Below, piece by piece: positions 9,928 through 23,155 of a stretch of DNA of 64,000 nucleotides; within the stretch, counting starts at the first letter, position 1; each line of letters begins with the position of its first letter. Under the pieces are notes generated by a model that saw only the letters and a program-made list of their open reading frames with translations, was not told the origin of the DNA and did not search any database. The position numbers were made by a program, and so were the translations under genes. The stretch comes from Patellaria atrata CBS 101060 (lineage: Eukaryota), in contig MU006096.1 in the NCBI GenBank assembly GCA_010093705.1, positions 1,076,004 through 1,140,003 on the forward strand. The letters are read 5' to 3'.

Positions 9928-12736
9928 TCAAATGTCGCGGACAAGGCGAGCACCTGCCCAGACATAGGGGTAATTACGCTGATACCAGTTAACAAAGCTC
10001 TTCCGACCCGCAATTCGAGGGTGTGTTGCCCATGACCCTCCGAGAACGATGTTATGCTTTGTATCAAAGAAGTCAGCCGTATAGGCAGGGTAGAGCTTCA
10101 TAGGTTGGAAGCCCTCGTATCTCTCCAACACAGAGCTGGTCCATTCCCACACTCCACCTAGTTCTCCTTGACCAGCGAGGTTATTCCCCTTTTGGACAAT
10201 TGAAACTGGGTGCCAGTGCCGAAATCCAACATTAGCTCCCTCGAGGTTGACAAAGAGCTCGTGAGGATTGAGACCTGATACTGTGTTGGAGAACTTAGAC
10301 AAAGGATCGGATGGTGGCGTTTCTTCCACACCATCATTGACCAGATGCCTATTCTCCGTTACTTTCATTGTCCGTCCTACCCGGTAAAAGAAAGATACTT
10401 ACCCATTGACAGCTGGGATGGTCTGTGCACGAGTGTTTCCCAAGTTGGCCCTCTTGAGACGCTCAACATGCGCATATATGCTACGAGTCTCTTCCATAGT
10501 GGGTATACGACCTCCCATCCACTTAGCGCAACCGGAGATTTCATCGTAAGAAGCGGAGACCGGCCAATCCAAAGCAAATTCGAGCGGAACGAGGCCATAT
10601 ACGGTTCTAACAAATTTTCCGTCCGTTAATTCTTTGAGGCCGCCATTTTTGTACCTAGGGGAGCCATGTGCCGAGTGCGAGACACGCGACAGATGGGAGG
10701 AGTCGCGTTCGGAAACGGTTTTCCTCGAACCTACAACCCAGGAAGCGGGTAACTTTTCGATCCGATTACTTTGTAGATATTCGAGGAACTCAGCGTTAGT
10801 GATAGCTCGCGCTTTTGCCTCAAACTTGGAAACATGAACAGCTCTCTTAGGTTTCTCATTATCCCATCCGAAGTACCTTGGGGGACCTACATCGTCCTCG
10901 GCATCCTCAATACCAAGAACTATACCACTTTCTGGTATGGTAAACCACTCGTTTTCAACAGCTTCGGATCGAGCCCGGAACGCCATGGCTTCAAAATCTG
11001 GAGTGACTGTTCCAGGAGGTGGTAATGTTTTCTCACTCTGAACGAGCATGTAAAGAAGGGTCTCTAAATGCATGATTTCGTGCTCGAAACCAAGCCATAG
11101 CGCCCGTCGAATCTTAGGATTTTGCAATAATTCATCACCTTCATAAAGGCTCTTGACTCTCTCACGAACACGAGTTTGAAATCCTAAGATCTCAGCTACT
11201 GGTGGCCATGAATCCGGTATCTCACTATGAGCATGGCAAAGTTCAGGATTCTCTACGTCAGGATCGATACCACGTTCGAATATCTGGGCATAATAATTCG
11301 GCTCGCTTGGTTGTCCTTCGGTTGCGCGAGTGATATGAATGTCCATAAACGTCGGGATATGGCCAAGGTAGAAAATGCACGCGTTCCGCAGTTTTATTGG
11401 CTTGGATAGCAGTTCCTCGTTCGGAATCATGCCCTGGGTCACAACATCCCACGCAGCCCACAGACTTAACCATTCTGCTATACCGGGAAATGGCTTAGAT
11501 GCGTATATCTGCGGGTTCAAGGAGTAAGACACTTTGGAACCGGACACCATATGTAGACCTTCATACATAACTTACGTTAGCCAAATCTGATAGCATCACA
11601 AATCAAAACAAATTTTGAAGAGCGAGAAGTACCGTAGTCACCAATCCGGTTATACCAAGAAGCTCCCTCTACCAGGCCGGCCGACCTCCATAGCTCTTCA
11701 ATTTCATGAGGAGAATATTTGTAACTCTCCTCAATCCTGACTCTCTCCCCTTGCTTAATAAGGATGCCACAAACGGTGACATCCTTAATGGGAGATACGA
11801 ATGCTTGATGACGACCAGCTTGGGAGTCGTATTCGCCGATAACGCTCCACTCTTTCAGTACAAATGCATCATCTCCTAGTAGACGATTTGCATGCCGAAG
11901 ACCATTGAGAATAAACTCGTGCGTTAAGTTAATCTTATCGTTATACGCATGATAGACCTTCCATGAATCCTTACAAGAGTCTATTCCTACGAGAAGAGTA
12001 TCACTTTCTTGCATCACCTCTACAAATTTGGATAGAAACTGAGCTGCACCGGGTCTGTTGAAATTACCAATACTCGATCCTAGTGTCAAGATGCTCTTTG
12101 GTTTAGACCTAATCCCCGGGCTCTTCAGCCACTCATACCCGTCATCATAAGTCCCGTGAAGACCAAAGCACTGGACATAGCGGAACGTGTGCCCTGATAC
12201 TGGTTCAAGTGTTCGTTGGAGCTCATTTAGGTTCAAATCTAGGGCGTAATACTCGATAGGTTTCTTCGCATTCTCAAAAGCCTGGAGCAGGATGCTCACT
12301 TTACGAAGATTGCTACGAAATATGTCAGTTGCGATTGTGATTTACGCACATCTATAGGCGCGCTGGAAGCGAGATCATACCCGCTCCCCAGCTCAAGAAC
12401 AATAGAGCCAGGCTTGATGCGCTGGGCAATGCGATCAGCATAGGTACTGAGGACCTCAGTTTCGGCATTGGTAAGGTAGTATTCGTCCAGATAAGTGATC
12501 TTCTCGAATAACCTAAGTCCCGTTTCATCATAAAGTAGCAATGTTGGAAGTGCTTTTTCACCCTCCTGCTTTAGACCCTGATGGACGTCATCCGTAATAG
12601 AATAGCTGACGTTGCTGCTACGAATGTCAACGATACGTACTCCAGCATTAGAATCCGGATCCGACGGTGAGCCGAAACGACCCTGATATTTCTTCGCATG
12701 GGACATCGCTCTATCGATATCACAGTCCACGGCCAT
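9928..12736 (-). CDS. EGT1: Ergothioneine biosynthesis protein 1 (histidine methyltransferase + DinB + FGE-sulfatase sulfoxide synthase fusion), 4 exons
   Basis: KALPTLLLYDETGLRLFEKITYLDEYYLT, ELGSGNLRKV, LGSSIGNF, FYLGHIPTF, FEHEIMHLETLLYM (iron-binding His), FGWDNEKP, GGVWEWTSS and NWYQRNYPYVWAGARLV. Introns 12380-12313, 11632-11559 and 10402-10349 keep the frame. Start could be 12706. Confidence 0.95.
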
Positions 12737-14336
12737 AGTACAAAGTGAAATTCCCAATGAGAAGAGCTGCGTGCGTTTAGATGGAGCTTCGTGATGTAAG
12801 GGTAATTGATATTTATGGATTACAGTCTAGGTCTAAATTAGCGTTTGCACTTGACAGATTGAACGCCCTTTTTTAAAGTAATAGTGATATAATTACTGAT
12901 CAGCGGCGTTGTAAACACACTTACATGAATCTTGACTGCTTGGCAAATCGGAAAGATTTCAGACGCTCATGTCCAGACGAGCTTGTTTTAACGACAGAAG
13001 AACCCACGAAGGAGGATCTTCTGTAGATATTACTTGCATGAGATGGTAAGCGACTTACTACACCTCTTTCTCCGAACCCGACGGATTATAAAGATTAGCC
13101 CATGACGGGCAATTTCAGACCGTAGGTCATAGATGACGTATACATGGTATTATGTTCTTGTCTATAAGAATACACACCAGGTACGAATATCACTTGGTTT
13201 GCTTGGAAAGCTGTACAACAATCTTTTCAACCTGTCAGCCACCATCAAACATGGGCCCAAAGAGACCGCGGCTATAGACGATGAGTCGCGCAACGGAGAT
13301 GTCGAAAAGAGGGGGACACTATGGAGTCCCGGCAGTGCAGGCAAACCTATTCGGGTACTGCTATGCTAGCCGGTCATCCGCTTATGGTATCGGCATATTC
13401 ATGATCGTTTGACCAAATGAACTGCTGTACATTTAAGTTGAGACTCTGAAAAACTCTGCGGTGTTTGCACAGTTGAGTGTGGGATGATGTGGGCTGCATT
13501 TGAAGTTGGACGGACGTTCATGGGGTCGGACCAGGCTCCGGTTAGTCTCCGACCACCTGATTTTGGTGAATACAAAGGTACTTGTACTGTACAGTACAAA
13601 CAGAAGTCTAGCACTCTTATCTATGGAGAGGTAAGTATGTGGATTGGTTCATTCTTAATTATTCCTCCCGACATGTTTGTCCGAATGAAAACGGACGTTG
13701 ACTGATAACAGTGAAATTTTCGATGTGAATTGGACAGAGAAATAGGAGGTAGCATCAAATATCACACTTTCTGCACCCCAGGCATACATAGCACATGTGC
13801 CTCTATTACTACTCATAATTCGTTTCTCCCGTGTCCCTCCTTCCAATTGGATTGTTACATTCGAAGACGCGCAAACATTCAGTCTGCGAGCGGGACCACC
13901 AGGACGCGGATTCAATAAGATATCACGTAATCGGTTGGTGGACCTACTTTGAAAATGCAGATGGAAACACTAAGAATCAATGTGGATCTATGAGTTGCCC
14001 ATATGACTTTTTATTCTCGGTACGATCTTTCGAATTTTCCCATCGGAGTTGTCAATGGAATGGTACTGGTTGTTCAAGAAGGTCTAGAAAGACCGAAGAG
14101 GATCGAGACAGCTCGGACAGGAAGCTATCGAAGAGATTTACATGCAAAAACATGCATTTCACTGGAACGGATCAGTCTAGTGTATACCATTTATTTGTAT
14201 TGCTTTTGTTTCCTTGAATTCTACGTTAGTGGCATCATTACAACGAATTATCACGCCATACTACCGAAAGAACCTTATCTTGCGGCGATCCCCTTCATCG
14301 AGACCTTTTCGATTGTTGGAGCGCTCGGATTGAGAT

Positions 14337-15100
14337 CTAAGCTTTAGGCTTAGAGAAGTCCGTATAGCCCTGCCCTTTGACGTGTATTGCTGCCCAGGGA
14401 GCCTTCGATTTCCCTGTAGCTAGGTCCAGGTAAAAATCTGCCGCCGCATCACCACTAACAGCTTGTCCTACAGATTTTCCTTCGGCGGTCCTTTCATCTG
14501 TATAGTAAAAGCTAACGGAAACAATGTTAATCAAGTGGCCTACTTTAAGCTTTCGTGGTTGAAAACTTACCGGTATCCTTTTTCTGAGAAAGCAGCATCC
14601 GCAGCTCCAATCCAATGCGCACTTGCGGACTTTCCTATTCCCAAAGCCAGAAAATATCCTACAGGGATGATTGTGGTATTCAATATATTGCCCGTGTATA
14701 TGAACACTTTTCTTCCCTCTTTAGGAAGCTCCTCGAACCCCTTAATGGTCTCTTGAGCAGCAACATAGGGGCTCCACGTATTAACCTCAATGCTCTTCTT
14801 CATCTCTTCGACAGGAAGCGATAAAATGTTATCAGCGTCTGGTATCTGGACAGCGCTAGCAGCATTATACACAACGACGCTAGGATTACCCAGCGCAGCT
14901 TTCACCTTCCTGAACACCTCAGGGATACTGGTGGAGTCGGAAAAGTCAGTCTTCACGCCGAAATAACCGTCTGGCGTAGGAGTGTCCGAATAACTTCGAG
15001 ATGCAACCGCAACGCTATAGCCTTCACTATTGAAGCGACGAGCAACCGCGGTACCGATATTGGCGCCGGCACCGAGAATCAAAGCAATTGGTTTGGACAT
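14337..15100 (-). CDS. Short-chain dehydrogenase/reductase (atypical), 2 exons
   Basis: Rossmann motif LILGAGANIG, VVVYNA, FIYTGN and LGIGKSA. One GT-AG intron (about 14570-14512) joins to FYYTDER...YTDFSKPKA*. Confidence 0.85.
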
Positions 15101-16156
15101 TCTTACGTCTCCCTATTAGAAGTAAAAGTTTTCTTGTTCGGAGTAAAAGCTCGTCGATGAAAAGATCATGAGCACATAGGGGAAAGGGTGAGACTTCAAA
15201 GTTGGTGATAGAGTACATCTCCATACTTCCCTTGGCCGTGCTTTATACTCCACCTCGCTCCTTCCATACTCTCTCAACATAGAGTCCCATTCATTCAATG
15301 TCATTACTCAATGCCGCCCTGATAATCACCCCCCCTGACATGGAAGCACCTAACGTCCCAGGATTGTACTGTACCATACGCCACGAACTTCAGTAGACAG
15401 GCATACTACTAACATAATTTAGGATAAGTGTACTGTACCGTCCACACAAATCACTTACTAATACATATATTCTGCGCATGTCGATGACAAACTGATCGCA
15501 CTCTCAGTCGATTTTATGGCGGCACGCCCAAGATAGTGTCAGCATGCAGCAAGGACATAACTCATGCTGCGAATCGAACTACCTCAGTATTGCGTATTCT
15601 GCTTCCGTAATTCGTGGTTAGTTGACGGAATTACTGCGTTCTGTTGCGTATGGTCGTCGAGCCTGGAGGTGTACTCACCAACAGTAAGGTAGGTCTTGTC
15701 TTGGTAAGCAACCCCTTAGATACGCCTCTATGACCTAATAATTCAGATCCGAACATTTCCATGGCATCCCATACATCAGTGAAATTCAGGTATGAGACTC
15801 ATATATCGCATGCATCTAAGCCTAGCACCCTTGTACCCTGGAACAAACGCCCTGTTATTTCGAAACGATAGCAAGATGGAGTTCCGATGAAGGTGGACCT
15901 GTTCGATCAGCAGGCTTCCTTAACCACCACTTTGACCCGGGATTCCTTTGCATATAACACGCCAGGTAGAGAACGTAGTAGATATGACCAGTTGTAGACA
16001 TGTATTGATTGAAGAAGCTGAGGTGTGACGTTTGCCTGTTCCCTAGCCCGTCCACAACAGTGTGCGGCCCCACCGCGGGGTTCAAAACTCTCGCCAAGAA
16101 CAAACATCTTGTCAGCGAAACAATCCGAGAGTGGAATACGCAGTGCAGATAAAGAA

Positions 16157-17219
16157 ATGGTCTACTACTTCACAAGCAATGTGGTTACGCCGTCAGCCTT
16201 CATATATGTAGGCAAGGACAAAGTGGAAAGTACGCATCCTACATGATAATGAAGTAGTATTGTGGGCGAAACGAGAGCTGAAGCTGACTCCTACATCTCA
16301 TAGATGAGGAACTGATCAAATATGGGTGGGACGAGGATATATGGTAAGGTGTCCTGCATAGTACGCATCTTGACCTTCTAGATACTCCTGCTGATCCCGG
16401 TCAGGGTGAGTTCATGTTTAAGTCTACCCGAAGCCTTGAATACCAATATGAGCCGGACTTAGTTCCACGTCGACAATCTCTCCAGCGCGCACATCTATGT
16501 TCGCCTACGAGAAGGAGAGAAATGGGATAAAATACCCACAGACTTGTTAACCGACTGTGCCCAGCTGACCAAAGCAAATTCAATTGAGGGTCTGATATTC
16601 AGTATCTCATGTCTTTGCGAGTGCTGATAGCCTCCTTATAGGGAATAAGAAGGACAACATTACAGTGATATACACGCCTTGGTCTAACCTCAAGAAGGAT
16701 GGAGGTATGGCCGTAGGCCAGGTTGGATTTAAAGATCCTAAACTTGTAAGACTTATCAACTCTTTCTCCGCTCATTCCACCACGACGGTAGCGCTTTCGA
16801 TGTTCAAGATTTTGTATCGAAATGTAATCCGGTCCCAATATTCTAATTTTTGGAATCTAGGTTAAGAAGATCCATGTCACTAAGCGTGAGAATCCAATCG
16901 TTAATCGTCTGAACAAGACGAAGGTTGAGAAGTTCCCCAATCTTATGCAGGAAAGGGATGATCGGCAAAAGGAACTGAGGATCAAGGATAGGGAAATCCA
17001 GAGGCTCAAGGTTCGTTTTGAACAATATTATCAGATCTCCACACCCTCCGCTAATATGCACTCCTTATGAAGCAAAAAGAAGATGCGAGGATTGCAAAGG
17101 AGAGAAAGGAGCTCGCATGGCAACGTGATCATGCATACGATGATATTTTCTCTGAGGATGCTCTCGCAGCTTCGAGTAACCAGGATCGAGATGCAAACTG
17201 GGAAGATGACTTCATGTGA
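16157..17219 (+). CDS. JLP2: CCDC25/Jlp2 (NFACT-R, DUF814) protein, 7 exons including a 1-nt exon
   Basis: Spliced: MVYYFTS...[37 protein letters not shown]...[42 protein letters not shown]...NRLNKTK...WEDDFM*. Confidence 0.93.
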
Positions 17220-17309
17220 ACGAGAATACCCCTGGATATGGTTCTGGGGCTATATGGTCTCAACAGCACGGTTGTCGGAACATTCAGCTATTGCTTTCAT
17301 AGGACTGTC

Positions 17310-17756
17310 TCAATATAAGCACATGCCCATGCTTTCATTGAGCATTCGTAAGGTGTGGTCGAAGTGGTCGTACGCAGTGCGGTCTATCTTGAACTGATGT
17401 TCTCTTGCACTAATATTCCTGGATTAGCTTTCTGTAACGTAACGAAACAGACAGGAAAAGACGTACGCGAGATCCGCTGGTTTTGAAGGGCGTCTGCGAT
17501 GTCGATGCCATAGAACATTCATGAAGTTCTTGAGAATCTTGTGCTCTAGTCCCCTTTCTCTTGATGCATATTGGAGGAACTCGATAGTCCTATCGATCTT
17601 TCCCTGGTCGAATTGGGAAAGGTCACCATCGCGGAAGTGATGGCGAATTCTGTCGCGGATGATGTACCGCGCCGGTACCGCAAACCGAACGGCTCTGAGG
17701 GCGTGGCGATAAAGGTGCCTATACGCGTGAATAACTTCGGCCTGATGTAGCGACAT
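17310..17756 (-). CDS. Small LYR-like (DUF1763-type) protein, probably mitochondrial, 2 exons
   Basis: IHAYRHLYRHALRAVRF...IRDRIR..F, GLEHKILKN. After a GTACGT...TAG intron it ends AYDHFDHTLRMLNESMGMCLY*. Confidence 0.75.
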
Positions 17757-18115
17757 CAGATGAAGTGAAAACTGATTAGCTTCCTTACGGGAGGCTTCAG
17801 TTGGGGTAAGAGCCGCAAGGTACCTTACTAAGTATCACATTACGTAAGCTCGCTAAAGTAAAGCTCGGTGGCTCTATCCGCGCAACTACCTCACCTCTCG
17901 CCCGACTTGTTTCCCCCCTTCGACTTCACATCGTCAACGTACTTTTCGACATCAACTCGTGTCTAGAAGTGATTTTGACGGATCTTGTAGCTTCGCGCGG
18001 ATATCTGTCCCATATTTGTGGTCTGCTAAGCGCTCAAGCCGAAGGTCACGTCCACGCTGATATCAGGGAACTTTTGCTTCTGACCGTGACGGCATGGAAG
18101 CATGACAGCAACATC

Positions 18116-21083
18116 ATGACCCGTGTACAGAATCGCGCAGCTAATGCGCACAGCAAGAAAACATCAACTGCACTAACTAACAGGAAAAAGAAGCCTTATA
18201 AGATTGTGTTCGAATCCGTAACCCAGGAAAAGAAGAAGTTGCGCTCTGCTGTTCGTACTACTAGCTGTTTGGAAGTAATTTTTACTAAGATCGCGTAATA
18301 GGTTTCTTACAATGCACAAGCTCCTCTTGGATATACTTTCGTTCCTGCTGGGACTCCGGATTTGACTGAATATTGCAAGGAGCTATGTAGAACTCGAGGA
18401 AAGGAAGTGCATATTGTTTCGGTATGTCGATTTATTTCATGTTTCCCTATAAACTTACATTTTCGTAGGCAGCACCCAAAAATCGAGCACACAACAATCC
18501 AGGGAGGATATCGCATCATATTCATCGTGTTGGGCACCATTTTCCTAGTGGCATCGTTGACAAAGCTTGTGACTGGTTAGGTTACACCAGGAAAAATGGG
18601 ATATTTACTAAACACCTCGATGTTGGCATCAATTCACATTTTGCTCGATCACTTGCAAAGCACAAGAAACAATTAGGAAAAGATCCGTCGGAGACTACAG
18701 ATGAGGAAATTCGAGCTGCCATCAAGGATTTATTTCCAAAAATCCCCGATAGAGATGTTACCTCTATTTTGAACCATGCGTTTCGACAGGTTCGTTTCCG
18801 TAACATTGATATTATTGTTGCATATCTAATTTGTTTGAGCACAGGGTACCAAACGCGTCGGAAACGCAAAGGAACTAACCCTACCCAGACGCATCCAGTT
18901 GGCCGTTCTCGCCCATATCCGCCATGTCTATACTGACTATGATAAAGTACTCAAGCAGTCAGAGTGGATGGATGCAAGGCGTCATGTCGAGCCAGCTTGT
19001 CTTAATCAATTGCTAAAATGGCGGGGTGAAGACGAATCAGGCCCTACTGAGCTCGAAGATATCTTTCGTGAAACTATTATCATTGATGATAGTGATGATG
19101 AAGATTCTGAAAACCCTATTGCTGATGCATCAGACAGTGGTATTGAACGAGCACCTAGCGTTGAAATAATCTCAGAGCGTGCAAACGCTCGCGATCTTCT
19201 TACAAACGATTTGAATAACGTCGACTGGATTGACGCAGACAGTACTCAGCATGTTCCAAATCGAGCATATTTCGTCCGGAGTAAACCAAAGGTTAAACTG
19301 GTCCCAATTAACCTTCAACCTAGGGATTTACCGCTACGCGAACGACAATACATCCCAGAGAGTCCATTACGCCGCACAACCTATGATGCTCATCTGGGCA
19401 TTCGCACGGAAATGGTACCTTCAACAGCAGATTATGCCGCGGGGCGCAGTTTCCATTTTTCCAGTAACTCGGATAGCATGTACGAGTACCAAACTTTAGT
19501 CCTAAACACAACTGACAAGTCAACTTCTGATGAATATAGACGCCCATATTCGACCTCAAGTGGAACTGTGATTAATAATCAGCCACCGAACTCACACTTC
19601 GTTGAATGGAACGGAAAGCTTTATGAATCTGTGAGTAGCTGGATTCCTACCGAGGTCAGATGGGCTTAAAATCTCAAACCGAGCTAAAATTTTGGATACA
19701 CTGACTAACCTTTTGTAGGAGAAATACGTACACCGAGATCCATCACGAGTCTTGGAACGCAGGGAGACCAGACTCGAGAATCCATATCTGTTCCAAAGTC
19801 ATGTACTAACCAACCAGGGATCACAAAATACCTCCTCAAGATATATCGAATCTGAAAGGCGTCCAGTTGCTTTCCAGGAAAGTTATCCCTCAGCTCTTCG
19901 GGTATTCCAACACGCTGACGAGCGCGATATTGCTATGCCTTCTATTGAACATGATCATGATCGATTATCATTTCCAAGCAATTCGGATAAGACACTAACT
20001 CCACGTCAACATTATGGTAGGCCAGGTTTCGAACACTGCACAGGCACGTCTAAAGTGCACTTCCCGGAAAAACGCAAATCATTACCACTACCGCCAGTCT
20101 CTAATTTCAGTAACGACTTGACCGATAAACGAGCGAAGCAAGACTCGCAAATCGTAGGCGAAGACAGATTCATCCAACAATATTCGGGACAGGCCTTTGG
20201 GTTTCGGCGGACATTTCAACCTGGTAGGAGAATTACTCCACCTAACACAAGGCCTTTGGAGATCGTGGATCTCACCCATAGTGCCGAGAAGCCAAAATCT
20301 ACTGGGATTTGGCCTTATGACTGCTCTTTATCTTCACTTTCTTCGCCACAAGACCGATATAATGTGAGTGAATTTCAACAAGCAAGCATGAATGCAAATA
20401 TGCCACGTCAAGGCGCCTGTGGTTCTACTTCTTCTCGAACTCATTTCGATCGATCTGATCAGGGGAGTCAGCGTACCGAAACGGTAAGAATTGATGGGCA
20501 GCGTGAGTATAAGTCTCAAGTACCACCGCGAGTGCTCGATAATTCTTTCTCTACGCTTTCAGAAAAAGGTCATACAAGCGCTCAAGGGTATGCGCCACAA
20601 CACTTTCCTGCAACACATCAAGTCCAGGGTGAGCTACTTCGTGCTCCCGATATTCAAACTCAGCATTCCTACTTTCTTCCTTCTAATTCACAATTCTTTT
20701 CCTTAATTAAACCTTCCAATACGTCATCTTATTCATCTCCTCATCGTCCTCTACCCGTCAAGCGTAGTTCGGACCAAGAGTACGGAGACGTGGGACGTCG
20801 TTTTGTGGAGAATGATCTGCATCAACAGTCTGCTTTTCAGTTCAATCGAGGTGTGAGTTCGCATGCTTCTTTGAATGGATACTCAATGGAGGAAAGAGGT
20901 GGTCATAGGGACCTATCTGGTTCTATGGTTATGCCTTCTACTGTCGAAGGTGATCGGCATGGTCATCATACGCTTGAGGTTGTGCGGGATGTCCATAACC
21001 GGTCTCTACCGCCGGCTTCTGGAAATTATCATGATGCGATGGATATTGACGGTTATGGCCGTCGCTTGTACAAAGCAGCATAG
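18116..21083 (+). CDS. DUF2293-domain protein with long low-complexity C-terminus, multi-exon
   Basis: Spliced: PLGYTFVPAGTPDLTEYCKELCR, HRVGHHFP, AIKDLFPKIP...HAFRQGTKRVG...RRIQLAVLAHIRHVYTDYD...LLKWRGE. At least 4 GT-AG introns link ORFs 17969, 18899 and 19752. Confidence 0.8.
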
Positions 21084-23118
21084 GATTCCGAATTTATTCC
21101 ACCGTACTCGTAAGAAACCGATTCAGGTATCCGCTTTAATTTACCCATCAACTTGGACATGCCAAACCGTCTGTTAGGTTAGGACCAAAAACACACACTT
21201 ATCAAAGATAAACGATGGGATGTATGCATATGCCAAACGAAAAAAAAAGAGAAAAACAGCGAAATGCAAGCTTGAGCAAGAATCACAGTCATCTTGCTTC
21301 GGACCCTAATAGAAGGATTTGTGTGTGGCTTGTTATCTCACTATTGAGTCACAACACTAGAGCTGTACTTGTAAATGTATGGATGATGAATTGCAGTATC
21401 TTCCAAACGGTTTAAAAGCTGATCGACTTACAGAACATCACACATGGGCGATAAACTCTGCACTCTACACACATATTGAGCGCCTCACAAGCGCAATTTT
21501 CCTTTAGTTGCGTGCAAGGATATCTGGTACCTGCAGCGTTTGCACTGTTTAAGCGGAGTGTACCTGATTTTGGCGGATGCAGTCGAGACTTATTGCATTC
21601 TATTGCATTCTGCAGCATTTCGGCGGGATTTTATAGCATTTGACGTTTTATTCTCGTCTTGCAAATCTTGTATATGTCTTTCTATACTTATATACTATTA
21701 AGTAACAGAAGGCAAAATAAAGAAGAGAGAGTCAATGTGTTCTATCTACTACCAGCAATCATTTTGAGTTCCAAGTTCAATTAACACGTTACGAAGAGGA
21801 AACTTTGATTGAAAAAAGGTTCCCTTGCACGTTCCTGCATGATCATCGCTAGGAGTAGCCCTGCGAACGGACCGATTGACTTCAGGCTAAAGGAGGTCGG
21901 CATGGTCTTCAAATTCTCGGGAAACGGGATATCACAGTGTTGAAGGAGCCCGAAGAAGGATTCATGTTCATTGGCGCACAGATTCGATCCTTCTGTAACG
22001 CTTCGAGGCGACGAGGAGTTGAGGAACCCCCTCGGACCTTGGGGACGGCAACATCCAGTTCGTCTAGCGTCCACGAACACCTTTCGGTCGCAAGGGAGGA
22101 CCATGGGAGACCTTAAAGCATAGGATCCGCAAGTGGTTCGACTGGTGTAGATTTGAAGAGAGAATTCGAAATTTCGAAATTGTGGAGGGCACATGCATGA
22201 TGCCGTTGAGACGGTGAAGGGAACAAACAAGCTTGCTGCAGAATCAATTTTTTTTTTTTCTTCTATTCTGTTCGTGAGGAAGCGAGCGGCATGGCTGAGG
22301 GGTACTGCCGCAACTGTTTCAATTCGGGGAAGTGGCGTTTTGGAAGTTGTTAGAGGGTAAGAAGAGGTTAGGATAACGGGATGCACGGGGAGGATGAGAG
22401 GGGGGTGGGGGGATTGGTTAGTGGTATGGGCGCGGGATGGTATCAGGGAGCAGAGATCGAGTCTCCAGGTCTCAAGGAACGAAAGGATTCGTTTTATCGT
22501 ATCCACATGTTCATCGCCTTTGAGCACGAAATCGCAAGAGATCTTTATGGGCGCAGAAAGGGGCAAGAATTGGTGCTGATCTCTAGAGAGAGGACCAAGG
22601 GCCCCGAACTTCGAAAGTCGAAGGGGAAGTGATGAGCGGGCGTGCGTGCTCTGGCGGCCCGAGAATCACGATTCAAGCTGATCACTGCCCACACCTGACC
22701 ATATCGCTGGAAATCCAGCACGGCGAACAGAAAAAAGAAATCACGAAGAAGAAGAGAAGAATTGTGATTTTGATACTACTTGGTAAGCAGCTTTCCATCA
22801 TCCATCATCCATCATTCCATCACTTATCTTTATTCAAATTAGGCACGGTACGTCCCGGACGGACGATAAAACTAAACACCGTTTTCCCTCTTCCTCTTCC
22901 TTTTGGGCGTTCGCGCTTGATCAGTTCCGCTCGAGATGCTTGCTTCCCCGAACGCGAGCTTCAAGCCTAGCGACAAGCCGGCAGTCGTTCCTATGGGCGT
23001 TAAACAACTGTGGCAACACTGCCAAAAGGGGAGCTAAGGTAGGCGTCGGCCCTTTCCCGTAGAGGCTAACTAAAGATAAATCGTCGTAACTCTTAAAAAG
23101 CGCAACACGGAGGGGTCA

Positions 23119-23155
23119 TTGACGCTTGACGCTTGACTCTTGACTCTTGACTCTT
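23119..23155. repeat. Heptamer tandem repeat (TTGACKC)5
   Basis: ttgacgc ttgacgc ttgactc ttgactc ttgactc tt, read directly. Confidence 0.9.

Noticed and set aside
13100..14340. Several 60-130 aa ORFs between EGT1 and the SDR
   Set aside because: No consistent splice model or family motif. A very old relic cannot be excluded.
16040..16097. tRNA-like GGGGTTCAAAACTC...CCA
   Set aside because: Weak T-stem, and no acceptor stem, D-arm or anticodon arm can be folded.
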